Shown: positions 58,067-64,000 of the stretch, piece after piece
Position numbering within the stretch: the first letter of the stretch is position 1
Layout: every line of letters starts with the position of its first letter
Assembly: GCA_001001285.1 (NCBI GenBank)
Contig: LCKG01000003.1
Location: 27,746 to 91,745 of the forward strand
Source: Parcubacteria group bacterium GW2011_GWC1_45_13
Lineage (GTDB): Bacteria; Patescibacteriota; Minisyncoccia; UBA11713; 2-01-FULL-45-33
DNA: 64,000 nt
Reading direction: 5' to 3'
Made by a program: the position numbers and the translations under genes
Notes under the pieces: model-generated
What the model was told of the DNA's origin: nothing
Databases searched by the model: none
Seen by the model: the letters and a program-made list of their open reading frames with translations, nothing else

Positions 58067-58633
58067 TTATAAATTAAACAGTTTTTTCATATGCAGTTCG
58101 TTATCAATTTCGTTAGCCGTAACGAATCTGACATAAGGCCTTACATTAAAAAACTCTATTATAAAATCAACTTCGTCTTTACATTCGAATGGATGAACAA
58201 ATACGCTTTTTTGGAATTTTATAAATCCGGCGTTTTTTAGCACTCTGGCAAAAGCGTCTCTAGCCCTTTTCATATTTTCCGGTATATCAAAAAGAACTAT
58301 GCGCCATTTTTTGTCCCACTTTTTCATTGGCTGTATTTTTAATTCATCAATTTGGTAAGTTAGAACTTTCTTTTTGCCGCGCTCGGTTAAAATAAGTGTT
58401 GTTGCGCCGTTTACGTTATCCACAACGTCTATGAGGCGAGAGCGGTACAAGCTTTTTATGGCATTGTAAAGCGCACGTCGTTCGATATTCTTCCATTCTT
58501 TTCCGATCATTCTTATAATTTTAAAGTATCGCTGCGGTGAATGCGTAAGCCCGAGCGCCAAACCGCCCCAGAGCAAAAGCATCACTTTTTGAGCAGTTGG
58601 GCCTATTCGCGGTTCTGAATAACGTTTTCGCAT
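58067..58633 (-). CDS. PaaX-family wHTH/Cas2-like-domain protein
   Basis: LTERG, WDKKWRIVLFDIPE, GFIKFQKSVFV. Confidence 0.8.
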   Translation of the reverse strand: MRKRYSEPRIGPTAQKVMLLLWGGLALGLTHSPQRYFKIIRMIGKEWKNIERRALYNAIKSLYRSRLIDVVDNVNGATTLILTERGKKKVLTYQIDELKIQPMKKWDKKWRIVLFDIPENMKRARDAFARVLKNAGFIKFQKSVFVHPFECKDEVDFIIEFFNVRPYVRFVTANEIDNELHMKKLFNL

Positions 58634-58668
58634 TGATGTGATGTTATGATAGCGCGTGTTATTTGTTA

Positions 58669-58704
58669 GTGCAAGTTTGACAGCTATCGCTGTGAAATCT
58701 GCAC
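58669..58704. repeat. 36-bp palindromic repeat (right), inverted relative to the left copy
   Basis: GTGCAAGTTTGACAGCTATCGCTGTGAAATCTGCAC; 32/36 identical as an inverted repeat. Confidence 0.85.
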
Positions 58705-58771
58705 TAGGATTTTGGTTTGTAAATAAAAAAACCGCCGAGATGCGCTGTCCTAGGCAGAGTCTGGCGGTGTT

Positions 58772-59017
58772 TTACGATGGGCGCGATTCCTTATGCGCCG
58801 CTTGAATTGCTTTAATCAATTGCTTTATTTCCGGATTATCGCGGTAAGCTGTCTTATTAGGATCTTGGACTTCTCTTCGCCGCCAAGGATGGCCTAGATG
58901 TATGGTGGCCGCGATGTTGTTTTCTACAACAGTAATTGAGACACGGTTATGTTCTGTGTCAGAACATACTATAATCTTCCCGCCGGAACTGCTTTGAATA
59001 ATGGTATTGGTACTCAT
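58772..59017 (-). CDS. hypothetical protein (solo cassette)
   Basis: TTGACA-16-TATCCT promoter, AGGAGGT, ACCGCC...GGCGGT hairpin with T-run. Confidence 0.6.
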   Translation of the reverse strand: MSTNTIIQSSSGGKIIVCSDTEHNRVSITVVENNIAATIHLGHPWRRREVQDPNKTAYRDNPEIKQLIKAIQAAHKESRPS

Positions 59018-59102
59018 AACAACTTACCTCCTATGGTTAGGATATCATGCCATAGTTGTTTGTCAAGTATCTGAAAATAGAGCTAAATTATAGAATAAGG
59101 TA

Positions 59103-60338
59103 ATGCATAAAATTGCGCAAAAATCGTGGAGCGAGGAGATTTTTAGAGCATATGATATTCGGGGGCTTTATCCCACAGAAATAAATGAAGACGCGGTGTA
59201 TAAGATCGCGCGGGCGTTTGCGAGATATTTAAGAATTGGCAATGCGGAGGGCGGTATTTTGAAAGTAGTGATTAGCACTGATGCCCGGGCGTCCTCGCCC
59301 GCGCTTAAGGAAGCGTTTTTAGACGGCCTTTTGGATGAAGGCGCGGAAATTATTGATGCTGGTCTGACTACCACCCCGATGCATTATTTTATTGTAAATA
59401 CAACAGAAGCAGACGGGGGCGCGATGATTACGGCTTCCCATAATCCGCCCGGATTTAACGGAGTTAAGCTTTCTAAAAAGGGGGCGGTATCAATCGGGTC
59501 GGGCGCGGGGATGGAGGAGGTAAAAAATGATGCCATGAGAGGTATTTTTCAGACTTTGGCCTTGGAAAACCGCGGGAATATAACCAAAAAAGATTTTTCG
59601 GATGACTATATTAAATTCCTGGTCGGCCATTTCCCGAATTTAAAATCTTATATCGCAAAATTCGTGGCTGGCGAAAAAATTCCCGGAATATCTTTTGATT
59701 TTGACGGCGATCGAGTTAAATTCCGCGACGAAAACGGAAAAGCGGTGCCGGGAGACATAATTACGGCACTCTTAACGCGAAAATACGCCAAACCCGGAGA
59801 GAAAATTATCTATGATGTTCCTTCAAGCAATGTGGTAAAAGAAGAAGTTGAAAATAACGGTGGGCAGGCGATTGAAAGCCGGGTAGGACATTCGTTTATT
59901 AAGGCGTTGATGAAAAAAGAGAACGCGGTTTTCGGCGGGGAGCTCTCCGGGCATTATTATTTTCGCGGTTTTTTCTATTCGGATTCCGGCATTTTTGCCG
60001 CGCTGGCTATTCTGGATTTGCTGAAGACGGCAAAAAAAACTTTAAGCGAGCTGATCAAACCACTTTTGCGATATGCCAAATCTGAAGAGATAAGTTTTGT
60101 TATTAAAGATAAGGAAAAAATAATGGACAAAATAGCGTCATATTTTCCGGACCTGTCTGCTGACAAGGCAGGCGCCAGAGTTTCTTACCTGGACGGGATT
60201 AAAGTTGAATATCATGACTGGTGGTTTAATTTGCGTTCGTCCAACACCGAGAACTTGCTGCGCTTAAATATTGAGGCCTCAAATCCCGAACTCTTGGAAG
60301 AAAAAAAGAAAATCCTTTCCGATTTAATGAGCCAATAA
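59103..60338 (+). CDS. phosphomannomutase/phosphoglucomutase family protein
   Basis: IFRAYDIRG, ITASHNP, FDFDGDR, GGELSGH, RSSNTE. Confidence 0.9.
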   Translation: MHKIAQKSWSEEIFRAYDIRGLYPTEINEDAVYKIARAFARYLRIGNAEGGILKVVISTDARASSPALKEAFLDGLLDEGAEIIDAGLTTTPMHYFIVNTTEADGGAMITASHNPPGFNGVKLSKKGAVSIGSGAGMEEVKNDAMRGIFQTLALENRGNITKKDFSDDYIKFLVGHFPNLKSYIAKFVAGEKIPGISFDFDGDRVKFRDENGKAVPGDIITALLTRKYAKPGEKIIYDVPSSNVVKEEVENNGGQAIESRVGHSFIKALMKKENAVFGGELSGHYYFRGFFYSDSGIFAALAILDLLKTAKKTLSELIKPLLRYAKSEEISFVIKDKEKIMDKIASYFPDLSADKAGARVSYLDGIKVEYHDWWFNLRSSNTENLLRLNIEASNPELLEEKKKILSDLMSQ

Positions 60339-61481
60339 TCCCACTTTTTGGCGCACTGCGTGCATGGTCAGCGCGGCGGCGTCTCGGGCTCTGTCGGCGC
60401 CGTTTCTAAGGATTTTTAAAACACTTTCGCTGTCTTTGGTCAGCGCTTTGTATTTTATCTGGATTGGGGAGAGGGCTACAACCAGCGCGTCCGCTAAATC
60501 CGATTTAAATTCCGCGTAGGTCTTGCCAGCATATTTTTTTTCAAGCCCCGGAACAGGTATATCCGCCATCTGGCTGAAAATAATCAGTAAATTAGAAATC
60601 GCGGGCTTTGTTTTCGGATAAAATTTTATTTCTTTGCCGGAATCTGTCACGGCGATTTTAATTTTGCGCCGGATTTCTTCTTCGCTATCCAGAATCCCAA
60701 TGTAATTATTTGCGCTAGTCGCAGACTTGGACATTTTTTTTATTGGATCATCCAACCCCATAATTCGCGCGCCTTCTTTTTGAATAAGTGCTTTCGGCTC
60801 TTTGAAAGTCTCGCCGAAGCGCGTATTGAATTTTCTTGCAACCATCCGCGCGAATTCCAGATGTTGCAGTTGGTCTTCGCCGACGGGCACAGCATCTGGA
60901 TTATAAAGCAAAATATCCGCCGCCATAAGAGTTGGATAGTTAAGAAGCCCGGCAGTAGTACGGCCTCTATTTTTCAGCTCTTCTAATATTTCTGAAAGAG
61001 TAGTGGTAATATCAATTTTAATTTCTTTAATTTCTTTGATTGAACCTTCTGAACGTTCAATGGCTTTATATTTAGCATTTTCTAAGCGTATCAACTGTTC
61101 TAAATCGAATAAAGAATTTTTATCAATTTTCGCTTTATCTTTAAACTGAGTCATTCTTTCAAGTTCGCCCAGCGGGGTTATCGTATTTAAAATCCAGCCG
61201 AGTTCGGTGTGCTGGGGAACGTGCGATTGTATAAAAATCGTGGTTTTTTCTGGGTCAAGCCCGCAGGCGAGGTAAGTGTAAACGGCGTCCAGCGTTTGAG
61301 CTTGAAGTTTTTCGGGGTCCTGCGGGACGGTTATGGCGTGCAGATCGGCTACAAAAACAAACATTTTATATTTGTCCTGCAATTCAACAAATTGTTTTAT
61401 TGCGCCGATATAGTTTCCGATATGTAGATTCCCGGATGCTTGTATCCCGCTTACGGCAATTTGTTTATTTGGCCCTGCCAT
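60324..61481 (-). CDS. trpS: tryptophan--tRNA ligase
   Basis: HIGN, YPTLMAADIL, VPVGEDQ.QHLE, KMSKS. Confidence 0.96.
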   Translation of the reverse strand: MAGPNKQIAVSGIQASGNLHIGNYIGAIKQFVELQDKYKMFVFVADLHAITVPQDPEKLQAQTLDAVYTYLACGLDPEKTTIFIQSHVPQHTELGWILNTITPLGELERMTQFKDKAKIDKNSLFDLEQLIRLENAKYKAIERSEGSIKEIKEIKIDITTTLSEILEELKNRGRTTAGLLNYPTLMAADILLYNPDAVPVGEDQLQHLEFARMVARKFNTRFGETFKEPKALIQKEGARIMGLDDPIKKMSKSATSANNYIGILDSEEEIRRKIKIAVTDSGKEIKFYPKTKPAISNLLIIFSQMADIPVPGLEKKYAGKTYAEFKSDLADALVVALSPIQIKYKALTKDSESVLKILRNGADRARDAAALTMHAVRQKVGLLAH

Positions 61482-61488
61482 TTTCCAA

Positions 61489-63363
61489 TTATACCTCAAT
61501 AATTACCGGAAGCACCATTGGGCGGCGGTTGGTTTTTTGAAATAGATACGAGCCGAGCCGTTCGCGAACGTTATCGCGGACATGGGTGTAATTTATAGGA
61601 TGCATTTTATTTGTGGATTCTTCCACCACGCGCTTTACTAAATGTCGCGTGTGCGCAAGGAGCTCATGAGATTCTTTGAGATAAATGAACCCGCGCGAGA
61701 TTATGTCGGGCGAACCTTTTACTTGCCCGGTTTTTGAATCAACTGCCGCGATAACAACAAAAATTCCGTCTTGTGAGAGCATCCTGCGATCTCTCAAGAC
61801 CACTTCTTGTACGTCTCCTACGCCGAGGCCGTCCACCATAACGTAAAAAGCGTCAACGGTTTTGTCGGTGATGATCACGCTGTTTTTGCCGAGTTCCGCG
61901 ATCTGGCCGTTGTCCATTAGAATGATTCGCTCTTTACCGATACCTATTTGCTTCATGTTTTGAATATTGGCAGCGCGCTTGAAATAGAAGCCGTGAATTG
62001 GAATAATAAATTTCGGCTTGCAAATTTTTGCAACCATCGCCAAATCATCTCCCGGGGCGTGGCCGGATGAATGGATGTCAAGGTCATTATTCGTAATGAC
62101 AATCGCTCCCTGGCGCGTGAAGTTATCTTTGAGCGTTTGCACGCCGCGCTCGTTGCCGGGAATTACCGAGGAAGAAAACATAATCGTGTCGCCGAGCTTG
62201 ATGTGGATATGCTTGTGTTCGCTGTTCGCTATGCGCATTAGCCCGGAATTTTCCTGCCCCTGGGCGCCGGTTGATAGGATAAGTATTTTATCGTCTTTGT
62301 ATTTATTTATTTCTTCAACCTGAATCAGCGTTCCGGGTTTGTATTTGATATAGCCGAGGTTTCTCGCGATTTCAAGATTGTCTTTCATGCTCCGTCCGTT
62401 GATGACGACTTTGCGCCCGATTTTTTCCGCTATTTTTACAATTTCGGCCATACGGGTAATCATTGAAGAAAATGTTGAAAGGATAATCCGACCCTTGGCT
62501 TCGCGGAAACTTGCTTCAAGATTGGCTTCAACTGTTCTCTCCGAAACCGAATGGCCGCTAAAATCCGCGTTGGTGCTGTCTAAAAACAGTGTGTGGACAC
62601 CGAGCCCGGAGAGTCGCTCAAACTCCCGGAGATTTTGGACGGTGTCCTCCTGGTCATAATCTAACCGGAAGTCGGCGAAATGAACCATGATTCCAGCGGG
62701 CGTATGCAGCGCAACTCCGGTTGTGTCAGGAACGGTGTGGCTTACACCGAAAAACTCTGCGGTAAAATGCTCAGAAAGTTTAACCTTATCGTGGCTTTTT
62801 ATTTCTATAAAGCGCATTTTTGGGACGTTTGGCATCTCGCTCAAGCGTTTTTGAATAATTTCTCTGATGAGCCGCGTGCCGTAGATAGGCGGATTGCCGA
62901 GCCGCTCCAAAACGTAAGGAATGGCGCCGAAATGGTCGTAGTGCCCATGAGTTATCAAAAGCGCTCTGATATTTTTCTTTTTTTTCTCAAGATATTTTGT
63001 GTTTGGGATAATCCAATCCACGCCCGGGGTTTCTTCTTCGGGGAATTGTATACCCATATCAATGATTACAATTTCATCATTGTATTCAAAAAACGAGCAG
63101 TTGCGGCCGACTTCCTCCAATCCTCCCAAAGGAACATAGTAAACCGTGTCGCGTTTCAAGGCCTTGGAGTGGCCATGCGGTTCGTGGCCGGTCAGCGATC
63201 CCTCTTTATAAAATTTGCGGTCGGAGGCCGCGTTGTGGCGCGGAGCCGAGTGCTGGCGGCGGTCCGAATGGCCCCGCCCCGGCGGGCCAGCCTCGCCGAG
63301 TCTAGGCGGGTCATTTAATGTCCTGATTCTCGGTCTTTGATTGTGTTCTTGTCTCGGCGGCAT
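61489..63363 (-). CDS. rnj: ribonuclease J
   Basis: PLGGLEEVGRN, THGHYDH, LDSTNA, HSSGH, RRPMVLPVIIEV. Confidence 0.96.
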   Translation of the reverse strand: MPPRQEHNQRPRIRTLNDPPRLGEAGPPGRGHSDRRQHSAPRHNAASDRKFYKEGSLTGHEPHGHSKALKRDTVYYVPLGGLEEVGRNCSFFEYNDEIVIIDMGIQFPEEETPGVDWIIPNTKYLEKKKKNIRALLITHGHYDHFGAIPYVLERLGNPPIYGTRLIREIIQKRLSEMPNVPKMRFIEIKSHDKVKLSEHFTAEFFGVSHTVPDTTGVALHTPAGIMVHFADFRLDYDQEDTVQNLREFERLSGLGVHTLFLDSTNADFSGHSVSERTVEANLEASFREAKGRIILSTFSSMITRMAEIVKIAEKIGRKVVINGRSMKDNLEIARNLGYIKYKPGTLIQVEEINKYKDDKILILSTGAQGQENSGLMRIANSEHKHIHIKLGDTIMFSSSVIPGNERGVQTLKDNFTRQGAIVITNNDLDIHSSGHAPGDDLAMVAKICKPKFIIPIHGFYFKRAANIQNMKQIGIGKERIILMDNGQIAELGKNSVIITDKTVDAFYVMVDGLGVGDVQEVVLRDRRMLSQDGIFVVIAAVDSKTGQVKGSPDIISRGFIYLKESHELLAHTRHLVKRVVEESTNKMHPINYTHVRDNVRERLGSYLFQKTNRRPMVLPVIIEV

Positions 63364-63406
63364 ATTTTTTATTTAATTTCTAATAATATTAAGTTGATAA
63401 TAAGTT

Positions 63407-63676
63407 TTATCTTTCACGATAAATAAAGTAAAGCACTACAATTGCCAATAGGCCGATGACCGATACCAAATTACTGACTATTACTGGAAAATCGTTAATC
63501 TGAATTCCGTAAAAAAACCATATTATTTTACCGATTAAAAGAATTGTAAAAGTAGCAATAGCTATATTGTGTGCGCTTTTATTTTTTAGTTGTTTCCATG
63601 CTTGCGGGAAATAACTCACTGACATAATGAGTCCTGATATTAACGCCAACCAATATATAATTTCCGCATATATCAT
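63407..63676 (-). CDS. SemiSWEET/PQ-loop transporter
   Basis: YFPQ, WFFYG, PVIVSN; three TM helices. Confidence 0.85.
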   Translation of the reverse strand: MIYAEIIYWLALISGLIMSVSYFPQAWKQLKNKSAHNIAIATFTILLIGKIIWFFYGIQINDFPVIVSNLVSVIGLLAIVVLYFIYRER

Positions 63677-63690
63677 AAATATTTAGTTAA

Positions 63691-63774
63691 TGGGCGAGAG
63701 AGGATTTGAACCTCCACGGGATTGCTCCCACACGGCCCTGAACCGTGCGCGTCTGCCAATTTCGCCACTCGCCC
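63691..63774 (-). tRNA. tRNA-Leu(CAG)
   Basis: GGGCGAG acceptor, CACGG-TTCAGGG-CCGTG, long variable arm, GGTTCAAATCC. Confidence 0.95.
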
Positions 63775-63778
63775 GTAT

Positions 63779-64000
63779 TTAAATTTCTTCGTATAAATTT
63801 TTAATTGTTAATAATTCCTGATATTTTTCTGGATGCGCGAGCCAGTCAAGTTTTTTCGGTCCGCCAGCTGGCGGAGTTTTTAAGTTCCAGATCGGATATT
63901 CCGCGCCGTTTTTAATTCCCAGCTCTGGAATATCGCGCTGTTTTAATTTTTTAAGTTCCGGAACGGATTTATAATTTGGATTTTTTTCAAATTCAATATT
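63779..64000 (-). CDS. 3' end of a gene, possibly cupin-type glucose-6-phosphate isomerase
   Basis: Open frame NIEFEKNPNY...KKLDWLAHPEKY...EEI-stop; product assignment is from recollection only. Confidence 0.45.
   Translation of the reverse strand, partial: NIEFEKNPNYKSVPELKKLKQRDIPELGIKNGAEYPIWNLKTPPAGGPKKLDWLAHPEKYQELLTIKNLYEEI

Noticed and set aside
58008-58704. CRISPR array or cas locus (36-bp repeats next to a Cas2-like fold)
   Set aside because: Only two copies, about 625 bp apart and inverted; no spacers and no cas1 or other cas genes.

Overview
Chromosomal segment of a bacterium whose gene content and style (type IV pilin cluster, class II ribonucleotide reductase, large S-layer-like protein, PaaX/Cas2-like regulators, short intergenic spaces, mostly leaderless genes) suggest Patescibacteria/CPR (Parcubacteria). 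This assignment is inference. Housekeeping genes: gyrA, nrdJ, murJ, lepA, prfB (+1 frameshift), ftsEX, typA, secF, rpoBC, ftsK, recA, rpsF-ssb-rpsR, ychF, trpS, rnj, the RNase P RNA and four intact tRNAs. Accessory parts: a LexA-fused methyltransferase/putative restriction nuclease pair, a RelBE-type toxin-antitoxin pair and many orphan genes. The strongest signal is a probable selfish system of small GIY-YIG nucleases plus short palindromic elements. One GIY-YIG gene has 14-bp terminal inverted repeats, and a gene-less 71-bp element elsewhere shares those ends. A second GIY-YIG gene sits, with a spare tRNA-Gln, inside a split tRNA-Gln gene. Related hairpins are inserted in frame in rpoB, ychF, lepA, typA, nrdJ, ftsK and the phosphomannomutase gene, and inside the RNase P RNA and a tRNA D-loop. 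No CRISPR array, transposase or integrase is visible. All coordinates were read by eye and all family assignments come from motif recognition, not database searches.
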